The notes beneath the pieces are model-generated. The model was given only the letters and a program-made list of their open reading frames with translations, did not search any database and was not told where the DNA came from. A program made the position numbers and the translations under genes. Below, piece after piece: positions 1 to 11,609 of a stretch of 47,804 nt of DNA. Each line of letters opens with the position of its first letter. Positions within the stretch are counted from its first letter, which is position 1. Origin of the DNA: Spirogloea muscicola (taxonomy: Eukaryota); contig WELB01000003.1 in the NCBI GenBank assembly GCA_009602725.1, positions 1,277,500 to 1,325,303 on the forward strand, in the 5' to 3' direction.

Positions 1-3000
1 GGTGGCCGCCGGGGCCGGCCAGGCCGGCCAGTCCCACCCGCGCCGTCCCCACCCACGCCTCAGCACTGGCAGTGGCTGGCCGGCCTCGACCTGGCAGCCG
101 TCCACCGCCAGGCGGCCCTCCCGCTCGTCCGCCACGTTCCCCGCTGGGTGCGTCCACACATTCGCCGCGCGCTTCGCCCGGCGATGCAGCGGATTGTCCG
201 AGACCATCGGGACGAGGCGGCCTGGAAGCAGTTCCTCCTCTTCCCCCGGCTACTGCTCGGGCGCGTCCCCAACGACGGCCGCCGGCAGGGCCAGCAGCCC
301 CTCCTGGAGCGCGTCCAGATGTTCGAGGGCGGCCAGTGGGAGGAGCTTCTGGTGCGCCACGATGCAGCGGTGGCCGCCTCGGCGGCAGACCATGGGGCCA
401 CGCGGGCCGCGCCAGCCGGGGCCGCCATTGTCCGCTGGGCGCTACGCTTCGACCATGCGGGCGAGTTGTCCAGGGCGGTCCAGGCCCTGGACGACTCGGT
501 GCTGGCGCCCACCAACGCCGCCACGCGGGCGGCCCTGGACTCCCTGCACCCTCCGGCGCGCAACCCCCTGCCCCCTGGGCTGGACACCTTCACCCCGCTG
601 GAGGAGGTGGTCCTCGACGCCGACGCCCTGCGGCAGGCCCTGCAGAGCAGCCGCCACGCAGCCGCTGGAGGTCCTTCCCACATGCTCACCGAGCACCACC
701 GGGAAAGCTTCTTGGAGGGGGACGCTGCCGACTTCGCGGCGCTCCACCAGGTGTGCCAGCTCCTAGCTCGCGACCAGGTCCCAGCCAGCGTTCGGGACGT
801 CCTGTGCGCCAGTACACTGCTGGCGCTCAGCAAGGCCGGCGGAGGGGTCCGGCCCATCGCCATCGGGGAGGTACTCTACCGTCTGGTGGGGCGCGCACTC
901 TGGCAACAGCACGCGGGGCAGGCCCAAGCACACCTGGCGCCCCAGCAGTTCGGCGCGGGGCTGCGGAGCGGCGGCGAGACGGTCGTGCACGGCGTACGGG
1001 CCACCCTGGACCTGCACCCCGAGTGGGTGGCTATGGCAGTCGATGTCCGCAATGCTTTCAATAGCGTTGATCGGGACTCATTGCGGAGGAGCTGAGAAAG
1101 ACCTTCCCCAGCCTTCTTCCCTTCTTCAGGCTGGGGTACGGTCGGCCAAGTGACCTGCTGTGGCGGACGGAGGGGGGAGCGGTGGAGACCCTCCACTCCA
1201 CCAGGGGTGCACGTCAAGGGGATCCACTCGCTGGATTCTACTACGCGCTGGCACACCATCGCGCGCTCCAGGCAACGGTCGCGGCTCACCCTGGCGTGCT
1301 GGTGCCGACTTACGCAGATGATACCACTCTGGTGGGACCGCCTGCAGACGTCGTGGCAGCCTTTGCTACCCTCCAGGTGCAGCTGGGCGCGATCGGCCTG
1401 GACATCAGGGCGGACAAGTGCTGTGCCTGGTCCCCGGCAGGTCCCCTGCCAGCCCACCTGGGCCTGCCCGTGGGCTGCCAGACACCGGCCGAGGGTCTCA
1501 CTCTCCTCTACGTCCCCCTGGGCGCACCTGCCTTCGTGGCGGAGCAGCTGCAGGGGCGGCTGCAGGACCACCTCCGGCCGGCGGCCCGCCTGCACACGCT
1601 GAACGACATGCAGCTGGCAACCGCCATGCTGACCCGGTGCATCACGCAGCGGCCCCACTACCTGGCCCGCACCGTCCTTCCCTCACCGGCGGTGACGGCA
1701 GCGTATGAGGCCTTCGACACTGGCATTATGGCGGCCGCAGCCTCCCTCGTGCAGCACCCGGCGTTCCTCACCACCCAAGCTGCGCAGCTGCAGGCCAGCC
1801 TGCCGATCAGTCGTGGCGGCTTGGGATGCCGCTCAGTTGCCCGCGTCTGTGAGGCGGCCTTCCTGGGAAGCTGGGCGCAGGTGGCCGCCCCCATGTGTCA
1901 GCGGTTCCTCGTGCACGGACAACGCGCCCTGGAGCGGGCGGCAGCCGATGTGGAGACAGGCCACCTCCCCTTCCAAGTCGCCCTCCGCACTGCCCGCGAC
2001 AGGCTCCTGCAGGTCCACCCCAACATGTCCGAGCAGACTGTTCCTTTCCGGCACCTCGCCCACACTCCAGACCTGCGGGCTCAGGCACGCTTCACGGCAT
2101 TGGTCGAGAAGGCGGCCTCCGACCAGGCGGTGGAGCTTCTCCCTCCGTCTGACGTTCGCGGGCGTGCTCGGCTTCTCTCCGCCTCTTCCCCTGGGGCGGC
2201 GGCGTGGCTCCAAGCGCTCCCACTCTATGCCGCACTTACCATGCCCGACGAGGTCTACCGGACGGCGGTGCATCGGCTCTTGGGGCTCCTCCCTCCCTGC
2301 CTTACAGGTGTCACACAGTGCGAGTGCGGCGCCCGGCACGCCGACCCTGCGGAGCTGGCCGCGCACATGCTCCGTTGCGCCCACGGAGGCGAGCGGACCG
2401 CTTCCCATGATCTTTCGCGCGATGGTATGCAGGGGGTGTTCATAGAGGCGGGCTTCAAGGTGGCGGTGGAGTGCTCCTCAGTCATGCCCATCCTGCCGGG
2501 CGAGGACGGCCGGTCGCACACCCGACGCGTCGACCTGGTCGCTATCCCGCCCGGCGGCGGTCCCCGCATCATCGCTGATGTGGTGACAACGGACAGCTAC
2601 GACTCCGGCAACCCCACCAGGTCGGCGTCGTTTGCAGGGCATGCAGTAGGCCTGGCAGCCCGGGCAAAAGAGAGAAAATATGCCGATCACCCGGTCGGTG
2701 ATGAGTTCGCGGCCCTGGCGATAGATGTTCACGGGGCCTTCGGCAGCCGCTGGCTGGATCTCCTCCAGCGGCTTGCTCGTCACGCTATTGATCGGCGGTC
2801 GGGTCCGCCCGGGGCGCTGCCCGGCTTCAACGCCGCCGGGTCGCTCGCCCAGGTCTTTCGCATGCGCTTGGCGGTATCGTTCCAGCGATCCCTTGCCCAC
2901 GCTGTCCACACGCGCGCAGGACGCGCTCTGGCCGCGGCCTCCGGGTCTCGGCGGAGTGCCTCCTTCCCTGCCTCGAGCTACTCGGACCTGATGTTGCTCA

Positions 3001-3014
3001 CTCGCGGGTACTGA
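1..3014 (+). pseudogene. RT-RLE polyprotein ORF of about 1000 aa within the window, broken by one 1-nt frameshift near 1073-1077
   Basis: The frame of ORF 148..1095 is open from position 1. After NAFNSVDR the homologous text continues in the other frame (LIAEELRKTFPSLLPFFRLGYG...GARQGDPL), joining ORF 1182..3014. One extra base in GATCGGGACTC restores a single frame. Confidence 0.88.
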
Positions 3015-3150
3015 GCTTCCCTAGTATGTTGTCGTGATTGGTAGAGTAGAGGAGTCCTTCCTCGGCATCTCATTCTTCGGCTTTGGACATTGTCCATTCT
3101 TTTTGGGCTGGCTTTGCCAGCCCCTCTTTCTCTATGGGCGAGCCTTCTTC
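1..3150 (+). mobile_element. Near-intact non-LTR retrotransposon of the RLE (R2-superfamily) type, CRE-clade-like; 5' end lies outside the window
   Basis: RT motifs GVRPIAIGEVLYRL, QFGAG..GGETVVH, VDVRNAFNSVDR, GARQGDPL, YADD and GGLG are followed by a CECG..H..C zinc knuckle, GGERTASHD, RRVDL, ADV, KERKY and LAIDVHGAFG (PD-(D/E)xK restriction-like endonuclease). The 3' UTR carries a hairpin module and a CTTCTTCTT tail at ~3143-3152. Confidence 0.93.
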
Positions 3151-3167
3151 TTAGAGAAAGAGGCGTC

Positions 3168-3316
3168 GGCAAAGCCAGCCCAAAAAGAATGGACAATGTC
3201 CAAAGCCAAAGAAAGAGAAGCCAGAGAAGGACTAGATGCAGAACACAAGACGATGCAGAGGGAAGCTCAGTACCCGCGAGTTAGTCAGAGTAGCTCGCTG
3301 CAGGGAAAGAGGCACT
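3168..3316 (-). mobile_element. Inverted 3'-terminal fragment of the same CRE subfamily, tail-to-tail with the long copy
   Basis: Reverse complement matches 2955-3118: the ORF end (TRGY-stop, gagcttccct) and ggctttggacattgtccattctttttgggctggctttgcc. Confidence 0.85.
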
Positions 3317-3394
3317 GAAAGGTTGTGAAAGGCCAGCCCTTGTCCATTCCTTTTGGGCTGGCTTCTCCCAGCCACCAGTCAATCTGCGCGCTTG

Positions 3395-3582
3395 CTGCTG
3401 TGAAAGGCCAGCCCAAGAAGAGTTGACAAGGTCCAAAGAGCCGAAAGGCGCCTAAACCACACAGCTATGCACGAGACTACCGCGGATGAGAGCTTAAGAA
3501 CCACGAGGTAGCGGCAGCAAGTCGGAGTAACTCGCGGCTGGGAAAGAAGCACCTCGCCGAGACCCAGAAGCAGCAGCACCGG
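3395..3582 (-). mobile_element. Degenerate CRE 3' fragment
   Basis: Minus strand reads GAAASGSRRGASFPAASYSDLLPLPRGS*, then a 3' UTR with a gggctggcctttcacagc module. The UTR resembles 30810-30897. Confidence 0.8.
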
Positions 3583-3844
3583 ACCTTGTCAGCGCTTTTC
3601 GGGCTGGCTTCTCACTCCTGGCTGATGAGTCAGATGACTACCTGGTTCACCATAATAACGAGTTTAACAGCACGACTCCCCAGCCCAAAGTCTTCACCAA
3701 ATATATCTACTGAAAGAAAAGAAGGCGTAGCATTTCGCAAGAATTGGGAGAAGCCAAGCCGAGCCAGTAAGCTGTTTAGGCGGCTTGTTTGCCCAAAGAA
3801 GGGGTGTCCTAGCAAGATGGACTTATTTCATTCTGATGTTATCT

Positions 3845-3970
3845 TAGGTACCTTAGATTAGGTCTCCGTATTATGTAGCATTGTTTAGTCTGCACTCGAC
3901 TCTGCCTGAACAATGTATTGGCTTGAATTGGCCTCCCTTTCAATTCATGCGCCCCGCGCGCCTTCTCTCT
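3845..3970 (+). repeat. Dispersed ~125-bp repeat ('type E' terminus, ends gcgccccgcgcgccttctctc); probable retroelement 3' UTR
   Basis: Near-identical copy at 26298-26421, diverged copy at 11812-11940 and partial inverted copy at 8800-8868. Confidence 0.8.
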
Positions 3971-5002
3971 GAGATGAGACCGCTGTGCTCCTTTGGTGAC
4001 TCTACCTACGATTGCCACCTACCCTGGATGTGGGCGGAGCCTGTGCTAGTCTGATCTGTGTCTGCCATTATGAGCGGATCTGCGTCTGCACCTCCGCTCC
4101 GAGGCGGGTCTAGTGAGTCTGTAAAGATGGGCAAACGCCCCAGCTGAGAATCTTCAGAAGATTGGGAAGAGGAGGCCGTCAACAACCAGTTAACCACCAT
4201 CAAGAGGTGCGACATTAGGAGTCGCCAGATCGCCAGATCTGAATCTCCAACACCTTGAAGGTGCACCATATTTCTCACACAATCACTTCCATTACATCAG
4301 GTGAAGGCCATCATTAATTAGACATGCGGCCCTCCAAGTGTCATGAATCCATAGTCATGGGCAAGGCCCTGCACTGTCTTTGGCAGATCGTCTATGGCAG
4401 CTTGCATACTGCTAATTCTAAGGATATTGTTGGCAGTGAGGCTACACCAGATCGCAGCCTCACTGTATCAGCACGCAAAGTCACTTGATCAGGCCAGATT
4501 GTTTTGCGAGGAGTCTTGCAGTCTTCTTGTGATATTTTGTCAAGACAGCCACCTCGCTGCAATTCACATCTGCAAGACCTACTCTGACATGTTTGTACTG
4601 GTCAGGGGAGCATAGGCGTAGGAACCAGTTTTGTATAAACAAAAGAGGACCAAGTCTAGGTCCAAAGTAAGAGATGGCTTCTGCAGGATGCCAATAAGAC
4701 AAGCCACTCATTTGCTTCTGAATAAGTGAGCTGTGCCTTCGGCCAGCCCAACGAAGTGCTACTTCTAAGGCGACTGCTAACCTTTGCCAAAAACTGTTTG
4801 CTAGAATTTGAGGAGTATATGCCCTGCCAAGAAAGAATGAATTAATGTTGATGCTATGGGGAGTAAGGGTGAAGCCTGAATCCTCTTGAGCACTATCAAA
4901 ATTGACTGATGTCTAGGCGAGCAGGTTGACCAAGAACATTGGGTTCCTGCCGCTCTGGTGTGCCGTGATATCCTGGTGCTGCGGCCAGCCTCCATTCCGT
5001 GG

Positions 5003-7560
5003 CTACAAAACGTCTGCCAGCTGCCTATTTACACTGTCCCGTTCCACCTTTGTCTTTATAGGCTTCAACTTGACACCCATGCCCTGGGGTGAGAGTGCCT
5101 CTGAGGAGCACAAAGGAGAGGTTGGTGATCTTGGAGCCCTCCTTAGCTCAAAGAACAAAGCCCGCTGAAAGCCAAGTCGACTCAAAAACCGCTCCATGGC
5201 TCTTTGCATCATATTTGGCCGCTCCTCGGTGACCAATGCACCGCATGTTGGAACCTGGAAGTTAACGAGTCAACATTTCCATGACACTTTAGCGGCATCA
5301 TAATTACTATAACCAACTTTAGCGGCGTCAGTGCAGTGGCAACTTACTACGCAGAAGCAATGACATTCCATACCTGCACAATAGCTACTACATACACACT
5401 GCACACACTGAAAACGGACACAATGAATACAATGAGTCCGATGGAACAATGTAGGTGGCTTGACATTTGCAAGTTAGGTACCTCAATGTATGTCACAGAG
5501 TCCTTGCTCAATTGGGTGATCATGTGCAAGCTTTCTCCAAGAAAGCTGGAATTTTGGCCACTTATGACAAGGGATGGACATTGCAATGTACGCAGATTCT
5601 CTGATATATCTCGTCGCCTGCACATTATGTAGCAATGTCCTGGTCAGCTGCTTCTCAATGAGCAGCAGGAGCAAGGAGGAGAACAAAGAAGCAGCAAATT
5701 GTTGCAATACTTACTGGGCCAAGGCTCGGACGTAGCGTGCGACGTTGTGTGGGTTTCGTCGCTCCAGATCCTGCAAGCAAACAGGTGACTATCAGAGACA
5801 AGCCATGAGATGATTCATTCATATGCATTTGCTGACATGCGTAAAATGCAGTCGCAAGGTGCACAGCGTTGTAGGTGCATACTCACCCTTCTGAATGTGC
5901 GCACTGCTTCAGGAGTGGGACCAGAATTACCATTTTCCTGTATGCAGTGAGTGAGGTCAAAAGTGAGTTTCACCATCGTGAAAGAGTTCTGCCCTTGGAT
6001 GATGTACTTGTCCAGCTTGCAGTTGTAGACTGCTTAAACTGAGGGCAGACAGCAGAGACTCATACGATCAGCACATGACGTATACCTGGCAGAAATAACG
6101 CTGCAGGAGTGTGTCTTTTGCAAATGTTGTCCATCCATAGTAATGAAGAACACTTGCAAGCGCCTGCATGGTGCAAAATTGACAAAGTCAAACACGTGTA
6201 TACTTCAAAAGCAAAGCTACCTCTAGCGAAATGTAAGAACAGTATAATAGGACAGTGAAAAGCAAGGGTAGACTGACAGGCTTCCACTGAAGGCGACATG
6301 CTGATTTGGATTCTATGAGTACCTTTGAGTAGGCCCACTCAGTCCACGTAGGTGCTTGACAGATTGGTGATACAAGAATGAGGCCCAGCACTTTCTCTGG
6401 ATATTGAATCTGTTACCACCAATACCATTTGAACGTTGCATTAGTCTCACAACTTTGGTAATGTCATCCTGTATGCTATCTGCGACTTTCCACGATAATC
6501 TGTAGTGCTCTGAGCTATATGTATTTTTGCAAATGTCCTCCCTGGACATGATAAGTATGACCTGAATTGCTTCAGGAGTGTGAAGCAAAGCACAGCAGTA
6601 AAAGCAAATGGACAGCTTCATCCATAGAAGAGTCAATAAACTCGCATCTTATAGCAATAGGGTCAGCTGCGATTCCATTACCGCATATTGAGTCAGGATG
6701 TAAGCTCCACCAGTCACGCCGAGGCTGACCATTACTTGAATCCTGTTTTAGGCAACATAGACTCAGCATCCAAGAACAAACTAGCTGCCAAGCAGCAGTT
6801 GACTGGCATTCTTCAACTCGATCTCATGGTAATTCTCAGCATCGTACCTGAAGAAGCCGACAATGTCCTTCACTTGACTTACAAGATCGTCCACACTCCA
6901 ATCTGGCCCAGACATGTCTGCAGCATTCGTCTGCAAGGTGCACAAGATCAAGTGTCCTTCAGATGGAGAGCCAAGCATAGCAAGGATAGCACTAGCCTTG
7001 TGACTTTGAGTCAGCCTGCTTGGCAAGATACTGCTGAATCATCCAGAATAAAGCTCTCCATCTGATGTACCTCATGGCCAGGCGAGTCGATATGATAGAT
7101 GCAGAAGTTGTGAAGGAGTAAAGTGGCAATATCAGCACAAAGGAATAGCCCTTGGAAACAGTTCGTATCTGCAGACAGAGTTTCAACAGGTGATCAACAC
7201 TTGATACTGGCAAAGCATGATGATATTAGTCATCGTCATCTGGGAAGGCAATGGAGGGTTTGAAAGCTTACGGTCGAGCCCTATGTCATGGTAAGTGACG
7301 AGTCCTGGCTTCCTGCGATTCCCAACAACCGTCACATTCACGTTTCCAAGCCTGGTCGGTACTACCTCAACTTGAGGCTCCTCCTCTCCACTGCTAGTGT
7401 CATCATAGGAGGAAGCTGAGCTCCAGCTTTCGCTTCGTCCAGAGAGCATGGACAACGGGTACGCCGTGGACGTTGTGATGAGGCCCGGAGGCACAGGGAG
7501 TCGCCTGAGGTCTGGAGGTGACTCCCAAGGGGGCAAGGCCTCGTCTGGACCATCTTCCAT
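5003..7560 (-). CDS. NDL: NDL / N-MYC downregulated-like (NDRG/SF21 family, alpha/beta-hydrolase fold) protein, multi-exon
   Basis: Spliced exons give [96 protein letters not shown] and the C-terminus [32 protein letters not shown], typical of plant NDL proteins. The junctions checked are GT-AG. Confidence 0.92.
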
Positions 7561-8587
7561 AGCCGTCAGCAGCACGGCCCTCCAACTCTGGTCAGCTCAT
7601 AGTGCTTCAACCCGGCGGCTGTTGAGCATGTGGAGCACGCGAGGCAGGTCGGCAACTCCGCAGCGGCACCCCGGCAAGCGCTCCCTCGACGGCCTTCCGG
7701 TGACGGCCTTCCGCTGACCACCGCGGCGGCACAAGCTTCGCGTGCCGTGGGACGGCACAGCGGTCTGCCGGCCGGAGGTAGAAGCGGAGGCGGCCAGGCG
7801 GCGCGGCCGGGCGCCGCGGCGGAGCTTGGGGACGGGGAGCCGGGGGGCGGAGTTGGTCGCAGCGGAGGACGACTGCGGGCCGCGGGGCGGGGGGGCTCGG
7901 CAGGCTGGCCGGCTGGCTACGCCGCCGCGCGGGGTTCGGAGGGGTAGCGGGGGAGTGGCGCTGGGAAGGACCAGACCTGCCGTTCGGAGAGAGCCGATAG
8001 GAGCGGTGGTCGTTGGTGTCTGCGGAACGTGGGGAAGGGCACCGTCAAACCCCACTACAGCCGTCCCACGCATGCGGGGGCCGTCCCGCCCCCCGGCCGA
8101 CGGCCCGGCCACGTGTCGGGGAGGTCAAGGCCCCGCCCAGTCGCCCGAGGCAAGGGCGCGCCTTGGTCGGGCTGACGACGATGGGCAGGGGGGTGGCCTT
8201 GGCGATCTTGGCCCCCGGTCGCCACGTGGCGGCCGACTGCCGGGCCGATGGGCCGCATCCGGCGGCGGCCGCGGGCGCAACGGTCGCGCGGCGCCGTCGG
8301 GGCGGGCCGGCCGACAGTCGGGCGACTCCGCCGGACGATCGCCGGGTCCCCGCGGACAGTGGCCATTGGAAAAAGAATTTGGGAAAAGCTTCACTTTCTC
8401 CCCATTCGTTACTTTCGCCGACGAGGCCGCCCCCGTCGGGAGCGGCGCCGGATGGTTCCGGGCGCTTTCCGGCGGCGACCAGCCGGCCGGCCCGGCGTGC
8501 GACGGCCCGTCCCTACGGGCTCCCCGTCCAGGACAACCTCCAGGACCGGAAATCCGAACGACCCGAAGGCGGAAGTTGGGCGTCGCG

Positions 8588-8795
8588 GAAGAAGAAGTGG
8601 CATTCCCAATGGGGGCAAGGGCTGCGAAAAGCCAGCCCAAAAAGAATTGACAAGGGTTTTGGAGGGGCCTACAAGCGATTAGCAGCTACAAAGGGGCCGG
8701 AAGATGCTATGTCAGAACAGGGGGAAGGATGGTTCACTCAGTAGGTACGAGTGAGTAGCCTCAGATCCGACAGACTAGTTGCCGGGAAACTATCG
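8588..8795 (-). mobile_element. CRE 3' fragment (subfamily ending LLTRTY)
   Basis: Minus strand reads DSFPATSLSDLRLLTRTY*, then a UTR and hairpin module. It parallels 39105-39310. Confidence 0.85.
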
Positions 8796-8991
8796 GGAAG
8801 AAGAGAGAAGGCGCGCGGGGCGCATGAATTGAAAGGGAGGCCAATTCAAGCCAATACATTGTTCAGGGGAAGAAGAGAAGAAGAGAAGGGGCTCGACCAT
8901 TGAGGATAGGGGCTGGACAAGCCAGCCCAAAAAAAATTTAACAAAGAGCCGCGGATCTCGTCCTCGCTGCCGGTCGCCCGACCTCCACGGC

Positions 8992-9118
8992 CAGGCCTAG
9001 CAGTCGGCCGCCCGGATGTTTCCTGTCAAGTCCTGATCGTCCTATGTTTGGGCAGGCCTAGCAGTCAGCCGCCCGGATGTTTCCTGTCAACTCCTGATCG
9101 TCCTATGTTTGGGCAGGC
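8992..9118. repeat. Tandem duplication, 2 x 61 bp
   Basis: caggcctagcagtc(g/a)gccgcccggatgtttcctgtcaa(g/c)tcctgatcgtcctatgtttggg starts at 8992 and again at 9053. Confidence 0.95.
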
Positions 9119-9199
9119 TCTTCACAGCCCACGCTTCACAACCACTTTCTTTCACTTCTATCCATGCGCTATGGATATAGCGGATCGGGCTAAGCAATG

Positions 9200-9605
9200 A
9201 TCAGTAGTCAACGATCAGCGGCGATGTAACTGTCGATGACCATTAATACCGGGCGGGTGTCACAGCCTGCGGGGTACCTAATCCGGCCTGGACCTCTTGC
9301 CCGTTACAATGTTTGCGGTGGCTACGGTATGAAATCTTCCTGACTCATCCACTCACATCTGACTGGACTGGTGGACGCGTTGACGTGATTGCATTCGGGG
9401 GGCAGCTTGGGGTACACTAGCATTCCGTAGGCATTAGTTGCAGGTTGCAGCACACGGCTCTTGCTTAGCTTACAGCGCTCCTAAGCTCTGCCTATTCATC
9501 AGCGTGCTGGGCGCGCTCTAAGTAGGCCACTGGCTTCACCGGCTGCGCTCCAGTCCACCAGGTTAGCCTGTCGGATCTGTCTGTGCTCGCCCGTGGGTAC
9601 CAATG
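9200..9605 (+). mobile_element. Heavily degraded CRE RLE/C-terminal relic
   Basis: Remnants GDVTVDD, LSLQRS*ALPIHQRAGRAL and LSDLSVLARGY, related to the minus-strand copy at 27117-27370. Confidence 0.7.
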
Positions 9606-9974
9606 TCCCGCTGTTAGCTAAGCTACCTTAGATATCCACCACCTTCGATATCCAGCCACCTTCGATATATGAAGCCCCAATTTGGCACTAGCTTTTGCTT
9701 AAACATGTATAGGCTTAAGAAGGCCACCCTTTCAATTTATGCGCACTTCGCACCTTCTCTCACAGCCCTCGCCCCGTTGCAAGAGCTGAACTGCATTAAG
9801 AGCCATCGCCCTCCTTGTGGAAGCATTTCCCTCCTTCTTTTCAAACAATTGGCTTAGATGGCCTCCCTTTCGTTTCATGAGCAATGCGCGCCTTCTCTCC
9901 ACCCCTCGGCCACTCTACTTGGCCTTTTACAGCCATCGCCGCCATATGGGAGCACTTTTACCTGAAGGATCTTC

Positions 9975-10200
9975 TATTCTCTCGTTAGGGGGCGTTGAAG
10001 TGGCTTTCTGCACTTCCCATATACGAGTCCCTTCGGCTCCCCGGGGACCGATTTTGGACTGCAGTCAACCACCACCTCGGCTTCCCCCCCTTTGCTTGGC
10101 TGGCATCCAACAGTGCAAATGTGGGCATACTTGTGATGACGACATTTTGTCAGCTGCCCACATATTTGGATGTGTTAAGGGAGGTGAGCGCATCACCTCC
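9975..10200 (+). mobile_element. Internal CRE relic (zinc-knuckle region)
   Basis: KWLSALPIYESLRLPGDRFWTAVNHHLG / LCLAGIQQCKCGH..AAHIFGCVKGGER aligns with WLQALPLYAALTMPDEVYRTAVHRLLG..CLTGVTQCECG..AAHMLRCAHGGER of the long copy, with one frameshift. Confidence 0.85.
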
Positions 10201-11279
10201 TACAGCCGTTATCCCTATCTGCACTGACCAGAGGTTAGTGAGCGTCCCTTGGCAGAAGACACGGAGAGGGGATCCCGTTCTTCTTACGAACAGTGTACTG
10301 GCTTGCTTTGGCCTCCCTCTTATTCCATCAGCCAACCTTTCTGCTTCACAGCCTTGCCCTCCTTTTATACCGGGCTGAACTTTCACAGCCATCACCCCCA
10401 TTTTTATTCTCCTTCCTCCAGCATCTTGCGCAGCAGGACGATGCCCGCCGCCAATCGGTAGGGTGCTCACTCGTGGCTACGAAGGAAGAAATGGCTCGCC
10501 CATAGGAAAAGAGGGGCTAGCAAAGCCAGCCCAGAAACGAAAGCCTACTTTAGCATTGCCCTGCTTTCTTAGCCCAATCTTAGCACAAGGCTTTTGCTTT
10601 ATGTAGTGTCTTTCTTTCTCTGCACTCCCTTTCCTTTGCCATAAGCAGTGTACTGACTCAGCTGACCTCCTCCGCACTTCAAGCGCACAACACGCCTTCT
10701 GCTTGTGGCGAAATCTCCTCCTTTAAAAGAAGAAGGCGCGCAGTGCGCATGAAATTGAAAGGGAGGCCAATCCGAGCCTTACAAATGTCCTGTTAACTGG
10801 GTAAAAGAGTATCCTCTTCTGCTCTTTCCCCTCGAGAGCATTGTCACTTACAGAAGCTTCGTCTCTTCTGTTGGGCAGGACGGTCTAGCAAAGGGGGGGG
10901 AATCTGGCAAGCGTCGAGGGTCGTGGAGAAGAGTTCTCCCAAAGATCTAGTGGCTGCAAGAACAACAAACAGCTGCAAGAGGTCAGCCCAACAGAGCGAA
11001 CGTGAAAATCTTGCTGCTCAAGTCGTCCAGGAGCTTGATTGCTTGTAGAGTAAGCATTGGTGCATCTGTGAGTACGAAACCTTCGACAGTTGGAATAATT
11101 ACTGGGCTGGCCGCCATGCTTAGCCATCTAAGCAAAGCCGCTACCTGTAGGGAGCTCTCGTTCTCTCCGTATATATGCAAAGAAGTAAGCGGACCACTGC
11201 AAAGTAAGCGAGCTCCAGCAAGACCGCAACGAGTCATGCTTCCGCACATGACTCGTTGCACTAAGAATGTACAAGTGGA

Positions 11280-11377
11280 TTACTAGTAAAGCAGTAGGTG
11301 TTGGAGCCAGCGTGAAGAGAGAAAGCATTACTGGTAAAGCAGTAGGTATTGGAGCCAGCGTGAAGAGAGAAAGCATT
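11280..11377. repeat. Tandem duplication, 2 x 48 bp
   Basis: ttact(a/g)gtaaagcagtaggt(g/a)ttggagccagcgtgaagagagaaagca starts at 11280 and again at 11328. Confidence 0.95.
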
Positions 11378-11609
11378 TCCAAAGGCTCGTGGTGGAAAGA
11401 GGGGCCAGCCAGGTCACGAGAGAATTGTCCGGGGGTTGCAATACAGCGTAATGGCGACAGATCAGGAACCACAGTCGTCCAAGGTGTAAAGAGAAAGTGT
11501 CCTCTCCGGACAACAGCCGCACGAGGTGGCCAACACCGATGAATAAATGTGTCATCTATAAAAGGGCGTAGCGCCCGGGCGCTTTCTCGAGCCCCTTCGA
11601 AACTTCGTT

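Noticed and set aside
1060..1100. Programmed -1 ribosomal frameshift in the retrotransposon
   Set aside because: There is no X XXY YYZ slippery heptamer and the break lies inside the RT core; a 1-nt deletion or sequencing error is simpler.
3095..3150. 3' module as an HDV-like ribozyme, snRNA (Sm site plus stem) or Rho-independent terminator
   Set aside because: I could not build the HDV nested double pseudoknot; the U-tract precedes rather than follows the stem in element orientation; and its position at retroelement 3' ends explains it better.
4006..4278. 90-aa minus-strand ORF as a further NDL exon
   Set aside because: NDL already terminates at 5003 with its conserved C-terminus, and no homology is evident.
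7597..8744. Several long overlapping ORFs (up to 302 aa) upstream of NDL
   Set aside because: They are low-complexity Arg/Gly/Pro/Ala translations expected from very GC-rich 5' UTR or promoter DNA, with no recognisable domain.
10860..11550. Possible pseudogene or transposase remnant inside the nest
   Set aside because: I recognised no motif in any frame; a TBLASTX search would be needed.
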